From Opitutales bacterium (lineage in GTDB: Bacteria > Verrucomicrobiota > Verrucomicrobiia > Opitutales > UBA2987): DNA of 64,000 nucleotides. Positions 1 to 10,796 of the stretch are shown in pieces (the stretch's first letter is position 1; every line of letters begins with the position of its first letter). The stretch lies in NCBI GenBank assembly GCA_965226885.1, contig CBDDEL010000012.1:128001-192000 (forward strand), read 5' to 3'. The notes under the pieces were generated by a model. That model worked only from the letters and a program-made list of their open reading frames with translations, was not told the DNA's origin and ran no database searches. Made by a program: the position numbers and the translations under genes.

Positions 1-956
1 ACGGCGGAGCCTTGGCGCTGATCGCCAGCTCACGCGCGGGAGTGTTGCATAATCTTTTCGTAGACAACCAGGCGCTGGGCGAGAGCGACGGCGGGGCGAT
101 TTTCTGCGAATACTTCTCGTGGCCAATAGTGCGCTGGAATATTTTTCTGAACAACCATGCCGGGGACGACGGGGGCGGGCTGGATTCTCAGAAGTTTTCC
201 TACCCCCGGGTGAAGTATAACATGTTTTTCGGGAATAACGTGAACGGTTCGGGCGGAGGCGTTCATGGGGACGATTCACTCATCATGCTGGAGAACAATA
301 TTTTCGCCTACAATACCGCGAAGTCCCACGCCGGTGCGTTGGGCGGCTCGCATGTCTGGCTGCATATCGTAAACAATACGGTGGTCCATAACACATCCGA
401 CAAGCATGGCGGGGGCGTTTATTATTACAACACCAAGAATCCGTTCCTCAAGGTGCCGGTGGTGCGGAATAACATATTTTCACATAACGAACCGGACGAG
501 GTATTTTTCGAACCGCATACGGATGCATCCTATAATCTGATACGCGGCGGTTTCGAAGCGGCTTACGGGGTTTCCGGGCATGAGCCTGGGTTTCTGGACG
601 ACGGCTTGACACTCACAGCGAGCAGCTCGCGTTATGATGGAAGCAGGTTTCAAACGACGATTATGATGGAGGGTTTGACCGCTCATGCGCTCAAGGACCG
701 CGTGGTGCGAATGGGAGACGAGTGGACGCTGGTGACGGACAACAATGTCGAAAGCCTTACGGTTTGGGGAAAGTTTGACATGGAGTCAGGAAGCGAACTT
801 GAGATCATCCCGACATTTCACCTTGCACCGGACTCTGCGAGTATCAACCGGGGGATTTACGCAGATTTTGCGGCGGACGACATAGACGGGCAGCAGCGTT
901 ATTTCCCCACGATCGACCTCGGGGCAGACGAGTATGTACCGGAGGGAGAAGAATAA
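1..956 (+). CDS. Right-handed parallel beta-helix protein with choice-of-anchor-Q-like C-terminus (5' end probably outside window)
   Basis: Repeated GGAI/GGG..FxxN motifs; C-terminal HLAPDSASINRG...DIDGQQR...IDLGADEY. Confidence 0.75.
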   Translation, partial: GGALALIASSRAGVLHNLFVDNQALGESDGGAIFCEYFSWPIVRWNIFLNNHAGDDGGGLDSQKFSYPRVKYNMFFGNNVNGSGGGVHGDDSLIMLENNIFAYNTAKSHAGALGGSHVWLHIVNNTVVHNTSDKHGGGVYYYNTKNPFLKVPVVRNNIFSHNEPDEVFFEPHTDASYNLIRGGFEAAYGVSGHEPGFLDDGLTLTASSSRYDGSRFQTTIMMEGLTAHALKDRVVRMGDEWTLVTDNNVESLTVWGKFDMESGSELEIIPTFHLAPDSASINRGIYADFAADDIDGQQRYFPTIDLGADEYVPEGEE

Positions 957-962
957 GCAGGC

Positions 963-1232
963 TTAGAGCATGTCCTTGATGGTGCGCTCGTATTCGGGGA
1001 AGTAGCGACCGATGAGGGGGAGGTCGAAACTGCTGAGAATCATGGTATTGCTCTCTCTTGCGAGGAGGAACTGGAAGGATTTCTCGATGAGAGTTTCGGG
1101 CGTGACTTCACCGTCGGTCAACTTCCGGTAATAATCATCGGCAAGAGATACGGTGTGCTCGGTGGTGGTGCCGGCTTTGACGGTGACCTGGTAGGTATTC
1201 GCATCGGAATTCTGGACGGTTATTTCTGCCAT
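963..1232 (-). CDS. Small hypothetical protein (89 aa)
   Basis: ATG at 1232 just downstream of the BNR gene stop; MAEITV...SFQFLLARESNTMILSSFDLPLIGRYFPEYE. The upstream part of the listed 227-aa ORF is an overlapping shadow frame. Confidence 0.7.
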   Translation of the reverse strand: MAEITVQNSDANTYQVTVKAGTTTEHTVSLADDYYRKLTDGEVTPETLIEKSFQFLLARESNTMILSSFDLPLIGRYFPEYERTIKDML

Positions 1233-1242
1233 AAGCAAATGT

Positions 1243-2397
1243 TTAAGGTTGCCAGATGGTCCAGGCGATGTGCTGTTCTTTGCGTTCGGCTGTTGCGATG
1301 TAATAGAGGCAGAGGATACGGCCGTCGGGGAGGACGACGGCGCGGGGGTAGCCGAGGTCCCAGTTGAGGCCGTCGTCGCGCAAGATGATTTCATGGCCCC
1401 AGGATTTGCCGCCGTCGGCACTGACTTTGGCCCGCATGCCATATGGAACGCCGCGGTAGCCATACATGACGGCGACACGGCCATCGGGCAGTTTGACAAG
1501 GGCGGGAGGGTTGCCGTTGCGGTGCTCGGTATCGGTAAAGGCGACGATTCCGCGTTTTTCCCAGTCCTCCCCGTTGTTGAGGGAGTATTCGGCTTCGAGG
1601 AAATTGATGTCGACGCGGCCGAGGGCTTCGTCGTCATGGGCGTCAAAACGGCGGCGGACGACGCTGAGGAGTTCGTGGTCGTGGAGGCGGACGGTCGAGG
1701 GCATGACGGAGCGGATGTTGTAGGGATAATGGGTCATCCAGCCGTTGAAAGACCATGAGAGGCCGCCATCATCGGTTTTGGCGCAGAAGGCGCGGTCCTG
1801 TATGCCGGCCTCGACCTGGCCGTCTTTTGCGGAGAGGAAGACGGTGAGGGTATCCTCATCGTAGACGAGGTAATCGGTGCGGGCGGAGAGCGCGTTTTCG
1901 AGGCCGAAGTCGGGAAAGAGGAAGGGGCCGCGCCATTTGTGGCCGCGGTCTTCGGAATACCAGAAGAGGTTGTTGCGGCTGCGGAAGGCGAAATCGGGGT
2001 TGGACAGGTCCATAGGCCGATCGAGGGTGGCGGGATTGTCAGTGGAGAATGCTTCGGTGTGGTGGGTTTCCCAGGTGCGGCCGCCATCGGTGCTGCGGGC
2101 GAGGACGAGGTAACGGGGCTTGCTGGGGTCGCGCGAATGGCCGTCGGGGTAATAGTGGTAGGCGGCATTGGAATAGCAGACGAGGATTTCGTTGCCCCAT
2201 GACCAGACGCCGCGGTTGGCGGCATGAGCGAGGAAGCGGCCTTCCTCGTGGGAAACGATTCCGTGCTCCATCTGCGGCGCGGCGCGGAGGTCAGGCTGCG
2301 GGAGGCAAAGGGCGAAGAGGAGCGTGAGGGTAGCGAGAGGCAGGCAGCGGCGGCCTGGCAGCGAGGTGCGGAATTGGCGGGGGGCGATGGCGATCAT
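1243..2397 (-). CDS. Secreted BNR/Asp-box (sialidase-family) beta-propeller protein
   Basis: Signal peptide; Asp-boxes STDGGRTW, SEDRGHKW, TDDGGLSW, SLNNGEDW, SADGGKSW; DLGYP motif. Confidence 0.85.
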   Translation of the reverse strand: MIAIAPRQFRTSLPGRRCLPLATLTLLFALCLPQPDLRAAPQMEHGIVSHEEGRFLAHAANRGVWSWGNEILVCYSNAAYHYYPDGHSRDPSKPRYLVLARSTDGGRTWETHHTEAFSTDNPATLDRPMDLSNPDFAFRSRNNLFWYSEDRGHKWRGPFLFPDFGLENALSARTDYLVYDEDTLTVFLSAKDGQVEAGIQDRAFCAKTDDGGLSWSFNGWMTHYPYNIRSVMPSTVRLHDHELLSVVRRRFDAHDDEALGRVDINFLEAEYSLNNGEDWEKRGIVAFTDTEHRNGNPPALVKLPDGRVAVMYGYRGVPYGMRAKVSADGGKSWGHEIILRDDGLNWDLGYPRAVVLPDGRILCLYYIATAERKEQHIAWTIWQP

Positions 2398-2445
2398 AGA
2401 TTTAGAATTTTCGATTTAAGATATCTGATTTCAATATTTCGATCC
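2397..2445. repeat. Degenerate heptamer tandem repeat (NNGATTT-like x7)
   Basis: tagattt agaattt tcgattt aagatat ctgattt caatatt tcgatcc. Confidence 0.5.
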
Positions 2446-2603
2446 AATTTTTTGCTTTCAAGGTGATATGGCAAATGATTTTGGTATCTGCGGTCAATTA
2501 TCCCCCTTCCGTCCTGCCCGGACTAGATCAGGCAACAGGAAGCAGAACTTCAAAAAGCTGATAATCCAGACGAACCAGGGATTGGGAGGGCTTGCCGGTC
2601 TTT

Positions 2604-3364
2604 TTAAGCCTGCAAAAGTTCAGGCTTGTTCATTTTCCAGGCGGCAGCGCCAGCCAGGAGGGTCATCAATACGATGATGCCCCATTCGTTTAGCGTTGGA
2701 ATGACGGCCGTGAACGACCCGGCTGGGATGGGGGTGTCGGGCGTGTCTTCCCAGGCCCAGTCGACGATGGTGATCGAGGTGCTGCCTGCTGCAAGGTTGA
2801 CCTGAATCCAGCCGAAGTGCCGCTGGTTTGTGCCCGCATTCGTAAACTGGACGCCGATGTACTTGTTTCCCGCGCCGGGGAAATCGCCAAATCGCCAAAT
2901 GTACGGTAGCCAAGAAGAGGGTATCTGCTATTCCACGTTCCATTCCCGGTAAGGGTGTTGGCAATATTGTAGTTTGCGCTCAAGGCCCTGGCAATACCAC
3001 CCGAGGCAATGATGCTCGCACCATATCGTGGAAAGATTTTGGCGGAAGTAAAAAAGTAGGTGGAACCATAATAGGTCGAGGTGGTATAGGCATGGTTTAT
3101 AATAAAGTTATTAACGCCATCACCGTCCACATCGACGAACAAATTCTTGTTCGTCACCAAAATATTCTGCGGACCGCTGTATTGTAAGACGGCTTCCGCC
3201 GCAGGGGTGACGGCCAGGGCAGCGCCACCGGCAGCAGCACTAGCCAGGGCGAGATTCCCGAGCCTTGCCGGACCTTTCCTCGCCGCAAGGGCCGATGCTC
3301 GGTAAGCATCCAGCTTGTCCTTTAAATCACTGATTTTCTTAACTGCTGGCTTTTTCATCATCAT
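2604..3364 (-). pseudogene. IPTL-CTERM sorting-domain surface protein, frameshifted by an 8-bp tandem duplication
   Basis: Removing one aaatcgcc copy (2881-2896) gives a 250-aa ORF ending ...HFGWIQV...DWAWEDTPDTPIPAG...IPTLNEWGIIVLMTLLAGAAAWKMNKPELLQA*. Confidence 0.85.
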
Positions 3365-3635
3365 TTAGGAGTTTTGGGGTAAACAATCATACTTGTACTT
3401 TCAGGGGTAGAAAGCAGACTGAATTTTCTTATACCCTTAGATGACCTATAAGTCAACAAATACTGCCCCTACAAGGTTTCTGGCAAATCAGTTGCCACCA
3501 CAAGGCAGGCTCATCCCCCTTTGCAGAAAAAATTTTGATCGGCATTTGACTAATACGTATATCGCCACCAGGGAAAACAGCCTGACCCCCTCCCCCCCTT
3601 GCCCTAGGTTAATCAGTTAATCAGGTTAATAGTTA

Positions 3636-5452
3636 GAGGCTGTCCCAAAAATATAAAGATTTTATAGTCAACTGGATGACGTTGATAAAAAGAGCCGGAA
3701 AGAGCAAGTTTTTGCTCGATCCGGCCAAAAAAGGGTTCTATAATTGAGTTAGCGAAAATCAATATAGCCCTTTCTATGAAAAATATAGCCATCCAATGCC
3801 TCCTGCGTCCAGCTTTAACTGTGGTCGACCGGTGCCTCGATTACGATAACTTCCGCGCCACCATTGATCGAATCGATCGGCTGCTGATCGACTCGGAGGT
3901 GGAATCGCAGGCCATTGAGCTGGCCTTGGAGGGGTGGCCGCCAATGGGTCTAAAGGCCCGGCGGCAGCGGGCCAGTTTTGCCATCAAGGCACTGCGCATG
4001 GATACGCTGGGCCGTCTGCTCGGAGGGATTTCGTTTCGGCATTTGTCGCGGGCTCTGGGCAGCAGCGATCTGTTGGCCGACTTTTGCCGTGTCCGGCAGA
4101 TCGATGGCATCAGGGGCATCTCCAAAAGCACCCTGGAGCGGGCCTCGAAGTTTTTCAGCGAAGAGCAGTTGAGGGCCTTGCACCGGACCTTGGCTGAGGT
4201 GGTGGGCGATGCCCTTCTGGCCCGGCAGGTGGGATTGGACAAGCCGATTGACACCACCATTTGCCTGATCGACGGCACCTGTTTGGAGGCTAACATTCAT
4301 TGGCCGACGGACTGGGTATTACTCAAGGATGTAGCCGGCACGTTGCTCAAAGCGATCCGGCTGATCCGCGAGAAGGCCGGTGTGCGCCATCGCATGCCGA
4401 TCGAACCGGAGCCCTTGGCTCGGCAGATGAATCGGCTGTGCATACAGATGACCCACAGCCGGCGGCGAAAGGACAGCGCGCGGCAGCGCAAGGGTATCTT
4501 GAGGCAGATGAAAAAGCTGCTCAAACGGATCGGGGAGCATGCCCGCAGTCACCGGGAATTATTGCAAGCCTGCTGGGAGCAAAGCGATTATAGCGAAAAA
4601 CAGGTCCAACAGATCCTCGCCCGGATGGAGCGCATGAGCGAGCAAATCCCGGTGGTCATCAAACAGGCGCACGAGCGGATCATTGGCGGCCGCCAGGTGA
4701 AAAACGCAGAGAAAGTCTTGAGTGTTTACGAACTCGATGGGCAGGTGATTGTGCGAGGTAAAGCGGGCCAAGAGGTCGAGTTCGGCAACACCCTGTTTTT
4801 GGGAGAAAGCGTTGAAGGGTACCTGCTGGACTGGAAACTCTACGGCAGCCGAACTCCAAGCGAAAATGAACAGATGCAAGAGAGTTTGCAAAGACAGAAC
4901 CGCTTCAACCTGGAAGAACCCATAGCGGCCATGTGCGCGGACCGGGGATTTGCCTCCCAGCGGGCCCGCCGGCAGTTAGCCCAGGAGGGAATCTACGACG
5001 CGCTCTGTGCACGGGCTCCGAAGCAGTTGAAAAAACGGATGGAGGAACCACTGTTCAGACAATTGCAAAAGCGCCGGGCCAGCACCGAAGGGCGGATCGG
5101 GGTATTGAAGAATCGCTGGCAGGCCGGGCGGTTGCGCAGCAAAGGCTTTGCCAACCGCTCGATCAGCGTAGCCTGGTCGGTACTCTCGCACAACCTATGG
5201 AAAGTAGCCAAGATGCTGGCCCAGCAAGACGAACTAAAAACCAAAGCGGCGGCCTAGAGAGCGGAAAAGCAAGGACAATACTTTTTCACAGCCTTACTGT
5301 CGGCTCATACAAAGAAAACCAGGCAACCGGACCCCAAAACCAGTATCCTAACGTCATAGGAGAGCAAAGTTGATACTCTCCCAAATGCAAATACCTCTAA
5401 AATGAGCGCCTATCAGAAGCCCTCGCAAAAATCACCCTTTTGGGACAGCCTC
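3636..5452 (+). mobile_element. ISNCY (ISDol1-like)/IS5-like insertion sequence, copy 1 (1817 bp)
   Basis: Terminal IR gaggctgtcccaaaa; four near-identical copies in window; flanks tagtta / taagta do not match. Confidence 0.9.
3776..5257 (+). CDS. DDE transposase (493 aa)
   Basis: IDGTCLEANIHWPTD, RGKAGQEVEFG, ADRGF, RASTEGRIGVLK motifs. Confidence 0.9.
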   Translation: MKNIAIQCLLRPALTVVDRCLDYDNFRATIDRIDRLLIDSEVESQAIELALEGWPPMGLKARRQRASFAIKALRMDTLGRLLGGISFRHLSRALGSSDLLADFCRVRQIDGIRGISKSTLERASKFFSEEQLRALHRTLAEVVGDALLARQVGLDKPIDTTICLIDGTCLEANIHWPTDWVLLKDVAGTLLKAIRLIREKAGVRHRMPIEPEPLARQMNRLCIQMTHSRRRKDSARQRKGILRQMKKLLKRIGEHARSHRELLQACWEQSDYSEKQVQQILARMERMSEQIPVVIKQAHERIIGGRQVKNAEKVLSVYELDGQVIVRGKAGQEVEFGNTLFLGESVEGYLLDWKLYGSRTPSENEQMQESLQRQNRFNLEEPIAAMCADRGFASQRARRQLAQEGIYDALCARAPKQLKKRMEEPLFRQLQKRRASTEGRIGVLKNRWQAGRLRSKGFANRSISVAWSVLSHNLWKVAKMLAQQDELKTKAAA

Positions 5453-5853
5453 TAAGTATCGTAAACACCTATCTGTATGAGACGACGCAAGCCTCCGCCC
5501 GGAAGGCAATGGATATTCTGGAAGCGCACCTGAAGGCCTATCCCAATAACCCTCTGAATACCGTAATGCATTTTCGAGCCGACTACACATGGTCGGACAT
5601 TCTCTTGGATTACGAAAAAGCGCTTCCCCACGCCCTTGCCCTGGCAGAACAGAAGATGAGCGATCCCTTCCGGTGGAGCCGACACTACTGGCACGTCGCA
5701 TCCATCTACCATCTCCGCCTTAAACAACCGGAAAAAGCCATCCCCTGGTATCAGTCGATTATCGAAGAAACCCCAGAGTCCCCCCATGTCTTCGCCGCGA
5801 AACAGATGGTGCAACAGCTGAAGCAGGAACACGCCTCTGAAGTGGATCATTAA
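5453..5853 (+). pseudogene. C-terminal fragment of a TPR-like protein, 5' end lost at the IS
   Basis: Frame is open from the IS end; ASIYHLRLKQPEKAIPWYQSIIEETPES is TPR-like. Confidence 0.6.
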
Positions 5854-5902
5854 CGCGCGCGCTCCGAGATCGTCAATCATCGCCAGGAAAACCCACATCG
5901 AC

Positions 5903-6859
5903 ATGGCAGAAAACACCAATTCGCAAAAGAAGGTCCGATTCCGGTGGGAAACCCTTTTTAAACGAGATCTGGCCGTTTGCATTGTGCTCGGTCTCTATCT
6001 CATAAGTGTCTTCCATGTCGGCCGCCACGACCTCCGGGAAAAAGGTATCGGTTCTACGGCTTCCACAGTGGTTCGTGTAGCCCATAACCTCAGCGAAAAG
6101 AACGTCAATCGGGCCTTTCGCGAATTAGCCGCCCGCTATCACGTGCTCCACCCCGAAGTTGCCGTCTATATACAATCCATTCCCCTGCGAGCCTACGAAC
6201 AGTGGGTGACGACTCAACTGATGGGGGACACCGCCCCGGATCTCATCCTGCTCCTCGATCGGAGCGGAACCTGGTCCAACCTGGCCCAGGAGCACCTGGT
6301 GGCACTCAGCCCGCACGTCCTTGCGCCCAACCCTTACAACCGGGATAACCCGCATAAGGGAACGCGGTGGAGGGAGACCTTTGTGGATAACATGGAAGGG
6401 GGCTACTTTTTGCACCTCATGGAGTTTTACGGCATACCGCTTACCCTGGATAGCGCCCGTGTATTTTATAATAAGGATTTGCTCAAATCCATTACGGGAA
6501 GCGACCAACCTCCGGAAAACTTTCGAGAAATGATCCGCATGTTTCGCCAAATCGAGGCCTACGCAGAAGGAAGGGAGGAAACCCTGTACCCTATCGCCGT
6601 ATCCCAAACCGATGTAAGGACCTTGTATGATCGGTATTTTCCGACGTTGAATGCGAACATGATGGACAGGTTCAGCTCATTGATGTGGGGAACCCCTGCC
6701 AATCCGCTCTACGAAACGTTTGGCGGGAAATTCGACTACAAAGAGCCAGGAATTCGCAAGGGATTCGAGCTCTTAAAGACCCTCGCACAGTTTTTCCAGC
6801 CGAGTTTTATCATCGACCAGGGGGCACAGATTCGTTTCCTCTTCTTCCAGGGAAAGTGA
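5903..6859 (+). pseudogene. ABC transporter sugar-binding protein, 3'-truncated
   Basis: GDTAPDL, YGIPLT...VFYNKDL, PENFREM motifs; ends at FFQGK where the TGA of an IS3 scar supplies the stop. Confidence 0.8.
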
Positions 6860-6884
6860 TGTCCACTTTTTCCAGTGCACATCA
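6857..6884. mobile_element. 28-bp collapsed IS3 scar (TGA...TCA)
   Basis: 6860-6884 is identical to the IS3 end at 17363-17387. Confidence 0.85.
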
Positions 6885-7141
6885 TACATGTTGGTGAGAG
6901 ACAACTGAATAGAATTTTTAGAGAGTTTGAAGATATACCTATTCACAGATTTATTCTCCAACATCGGCTCAAGATGGTTAAAAAGCTGATCACAGAGGAC
7001 CCTCATTGTTCTATCAAGACCATCGCTTACGAATCAGGTTTCTCAAGTGCGGCGCACCTGAGCCAAAGATTCAAGAAGGAATTTGATATACGGCCAAGTG
7101 AATTTAGGAAACATGTAATAACACGCGGTAGTAGAGCATAG
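6885..7141 (+). pseudogene. AraC-family HTH C-terminal fragment
   Basis: ERQLNRIF...IKTIAYESGFSSAAHLSQRFKKEFDIRPSEFR; no N-terminal domain. Confidence 0.8.
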
Positions 7142-7360
7142 CTCTCTCAAACTTGAAGACACGCTTAACTGCCGACGGATTTTTTGGGTTTTCTTACAAT
7201 TGCACTGGATCATCCCCTGTCCCGGCAGGCAGGGACAGGGTTTCGAAAAAAAACCTCGTAGGACGACAGGCGATCCTGAAGGGCGAAAAGCCGTAGATTC
7301 CCCGCAGTCCCGGCGCGCCGGGACGGGCAGTAGGCTATTTGAGGCTGTCGTTCAGTTCCG

Positions 7361-8269
7361 GTGACAATGTCTGGAAATTGCAACAATCTGTCTGATCGCT
7401 CGCCTTTGTGGTGCGCGGTCGGGTGGCAGGATGGTGATGTACTAAGGTTTTCTCATCCTGAGATTCTACTTTATAACGATCAGGACGTAACCAAGAGCGC
7501 GGAAGGAAATCGCTTCTGTGTCCATGCACCCTTTTTATTCGAAACGGATGGACGGTTGTTCGTTGCTTATTCCAACAAGAAAACAAAATTACAAATAAGC
7601 GAAGTACCGCAGGATCTGCTTAATGGCCTGGCAAACCAACGAAAGGTCCGCAGCGTGTACACAGAACGGCTGAAAGTGTGCGTAGGTGTGCATCGATCAA
7701 GCGATGTCATTGAAGACATCGATCAAGCCATAACCGGAGCCACCCTCATCAAGAGTCAGGACGGTTCTGTGGCTGCATTCATCAATGAAGAATCGCGATA
7801 CATACTCTTCGATGATACCAACGCGCCCTTGAAGGTTGAATTGGGTGAAACCTTCAAACGGTTCAAGAAATTGAAGGATGGAGGATCATTTGCCATTGAA
7901 GCACAGGTCGCATTTGATGGATTGGAAGCCGGTCAAACCATCATTGACCTCAGAAACGAAAAAGGCCAAGGCGTCTTCTGGATTGGTCTTGGGAACGAAG
8001 GTAAAGTAGAAGCACAGTTAATTGATGAAACCGATAGATGTATATTCGTCTCCAGCGCTCCCTTGAGTTTTGAGCCGAAAGATTGGGTTCATTTCGTGGT
8101 CAATGTGGATGGCCTGAGCTTTTTGAGCCAAACTGATCGGAAATTGCTTTTTGGCGGCGGAGCCGACCGGGAAGGTGGTTATAATTATCCTTTCATCGAG
8201 TCTTCCGTTTTTGGGCAACAACAAAGCGCACATCCAGGCAAGGAACGGGACCAGGGATATGCAACATAA
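7361..8269 (+). pseudogene. Fragment of a BNR + LamG-like protein (homologous to the C-terminal half of 21138..23024)
   Basis: DRSPLWCAVG...FSHPEILLY aligns with DRNPVWLSGG...WSQPEIVLY; WVHFVVNVDG aligns with HHLTVIVDG; lacks N-terminus and overlaps the convergent gene. Confidence 0.65.
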
Positions 8270-10205
8270 CCTTGTCAGCGGTGACTTCCGCTGTAAGTGA
8301 ACGTTCGGAGCCGTCAGCTTTGATTTCACAAAACGCCGAGGTTGCAAATTCCGGCCCCAGTTGTAAGGGAACATCCTCGTAGGGCCCAGTGCTGTAATTG
8401 ATAACAGTAATCAAAGCAGCGTTTTTGTCGGGAAGTCGACATATCTGAACAGCAACTCGGGCCCGCTGTTCAACTTGGACGGGAAGCGGCTTCCCACTCA
8501 CCCAGCTAATCAGGTCACTCAATAACGGCGGAAACCAAGGGTGCAGCCAGGAATAGATCGGCCACAACCGGTAGGAAAAATTGATAAAGGCAAAACGCCC
8601 TCCGTTCGGGGATGTCCATTTTAACGACAAAGGCACCAGTGGTTTGCCGGAAACCCCGTGAATCCAGTTTCGAATCTCAGCGTTAGAGATTTCAATGGAA
8701 ACAGGACAGCCGGATACCGGAAGGGCACGGATAAAATAATACAGGTCCCAAACCTTTTGCCCGAGTTGATCCATGCGATCAAAACGAATACCGCCAAGGT
8801 CGTATAGATTGCACGCAGGACCCATTTCACAACCCAGCGATGAAAGGAGATTTCTTTCCTCCAGTATTCGCAGCGAGTCCACATCAAACACGCCGCCTCG
8901 GTCTACCACTTGGTGTACCTGTTCATCGGAGCACCCCGAAAGCGCATTGCCGAAATGAATCACCGCATCCTGCACATTTCGTGTCGCATCGAAAGGCAAA
9001 CCCAGTAATTCCAGATTTATGTTTTGCCTGGACCAGACTCCAATGCCGGCAGGTTGCGTCGTGCCATCCAGCAGTCGAGCGATCTGTTGGATCTGATTTT
9101 TTCTTTGAGCCACATAGTGCACTATTCGTCGGGATTCCCCCGCGGGAATTTCCCCGTAATTATTACTATTCAGACTGGTTGCCGGAGCACTTTCTCCTCG
9201 CGCGAAAATGGTCGCCAGATGTGCATATACGGCCGGCCCTGACTTGCTGCAATCACAATCATTATAGGGGCAGTTCTCACATTCCGGATAAAACTCAAAG
9301 TCTTCCCCCAGCCTTGCTTTCCACTTGGTCACCGACCAAAAGGCCGCAGGGTAATCATACAAGGCCTTTTCCTCCCGATATAACGTAACCTGCGGGCGAA
9401 CGAAGGGCTGATGCGGACCCGCCAGGGCCCGTGCTACCCGCCCCACGTCAATGACCACACTATCAGGAAACATCAATCCAAGCCGCGTCCGCGGTGCAAC
9501 GGCATGCACTGCTTCCTGCATGACCTTTGCGAAATCCTCCAGGTCCCGTGTTGCCAGGTCCAGCATGATCTGACAGGCTCGATTAGATTTTTCCGGATCA
9601 CTGCTTTGAACCAAACTCACCACCGCTTCGCGTGTCGGCGCACAGCCCAACTGCTGGGCAGCTTCCACCACCCGACCAGAATGAAACGCAGTTTCAAGCT
9701 TCACATGAAAATCGTCATCCAAGAACATCAGCCTCGGCTGTAGTGAGGCATAACGGGCATAGACCCGTCTCAGGTGCCGGCGCAATTTGGAACAACGTGG
9801 GTCCAGCACCGGATGCACGGCCCATTTGCCATCCATGGTAATCTGTCGCTCAAATCCAAACCTCTCTACGATTTCTTGCGGCACACGCACATGCCCCAAG
9901 GTGTGAAAAACGTTTAGAGTGAAGATCAATCCCGCAGCGCGGATGGCTTCTGCGCAGGACTGAAGATGGGGCATCAATTGCCTTTCGAATTGAGTTTCTT
10001 CAAGATACCAGGCGTTATAAAGTGTCGTAAAGAGCGACACTTCCTTAAATCCACAGGCTTTGCAGGTGGCCATACATTCTGCAAGGTGCTCCTCACGCGT
10101 TTCAGGGGGAACATAATACCGCAGAATGGGCCCTCGTTCCGGCATTTGCTTATCCAGCTCCCAAGCTTTACTATTTTGTTGGTTATCTTTCTTCGGGGTC
10201 CTCAC
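8193..10205 (-). CDS. Uncharacterised glycoside-hydrolase-like protein (670 aa)
   Basis: Long intact ORF; TLGH, MFLDDDF, VHAVAPRTRLGLM suggest a TIM-barrel GH-like fold; directly downstream of the split BNR gene. Confidence 0.5.
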   Translation of the reverse strand: MRTPKKDNQQNSKAWELDKQMPERGPILRYYVPPETREEHLAECMATCKACGFKEVSLFTTLYNAWYLEETQFERQLMPHLQSCAEAIRAAGLIFTLNVFHTLGHVRVPQEIVERFGFERQITMDGKWAVHPVLDPRCSKLRRHLRRVYARYASLQPRLMFLDDDFHVKLETAFHSGRVVEAAQQLGCAPTREAVVSLVQSSDPEKSNRACQIMLDLATRDLEDFAKVMQEAVHAVAPRTRLGLMFPDSVVIDVGRVARALAGPHQPFVRPQVTLYREEKALYDYPAAFWSVTKWKARLGEDFEFYPECENCPYNDCDCSKSGPAVYAHLATIFARGESAPATSLNSNNYGEIPAGESRRIVHYVAQRKNQIQQIARLLDGTTQPAGIGVWSRQNINLELLGLPFDATRNVQDAVIHFGNALSGCSDEQVHQVVDRGGVFDVDSLRILEERNLLSSLGCEMGPACNLYDLGGIRFDRMDQLGQKVWDLYYFIRALPVSGCPVSIEISNAEIRNWIHGVSGKPLVPLSLKWTSPNGGRFAFINFSYRLWPIYSWLHPWFPPLLSDLISWVSGKPLPVQVEQRARVAVQICRLPDKNAALITVINYSTGPYEDVPLQLGPEFATSAFCEIKADGSERSLTAEVTADKVMLHIPGPVPCLDVRFVVAQKRKTR

Positions 10206-10796
10206 TCCTTAGCCTAAGGCTCAGAAGGGTGCATGTCGGAAAGAAACGCCTCGCTGATTCGCTTCCCAAGAATGAAGTGCTTTCGATCAGGATACCACAG
10301 AACAGCTTCGCCGTTGATCTCCGTGAATCCGCAGTAGTCAATCGCCTCGTAGCGGGGAACGGAAAAGCCGACATCAATAGGCACGTCGTCGATGTCGATA
10401 AAAAGTTTCGGCTTACTCCACCAAATCGGTTGATGCGCTTCGGTGCGAAACGCGCCCACCGACACGTAGCATGGTCGCCTGTTTCGGGTGTCGTGGACAT
10501 CTATCGTATTGAAGGCATTCCCATCGTTATCATGGTAAAACAAAAGATATCTTCCATCGGATAGCCTGTATAGAGGTGCGTTATCGGAGGGGTTTAGAAT
10601 AGAGGCTGTCCCAAAAGGGTGATTTTTGCGAGGGCTTTTGATAGGCGCTCATTTTAGAGGTATTTGCATTTGGGAGAGTATCAACTTTGCTCTCCTATGA
10701 CGTTAGGATACTGGTTTTGGGGTCCGGTTGCCTGGTTTTCTTTGTATGAGCCGACAGTACGGCTGTGAAAAAGTATTGTCCTTGCTTTTCCGCTCT

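Noticed and set aside
1233..1646. N-terminal 138 aa of the 227-aa ORF
   Set aside because: Low-complexity alternate frame overlapping the BNR gene.
7341..7349. gaggctgtc matching the ISNCY IR start
   Set aside because: Only 9 bp, lacks the TA flank and the rest of the IR; may be chance.
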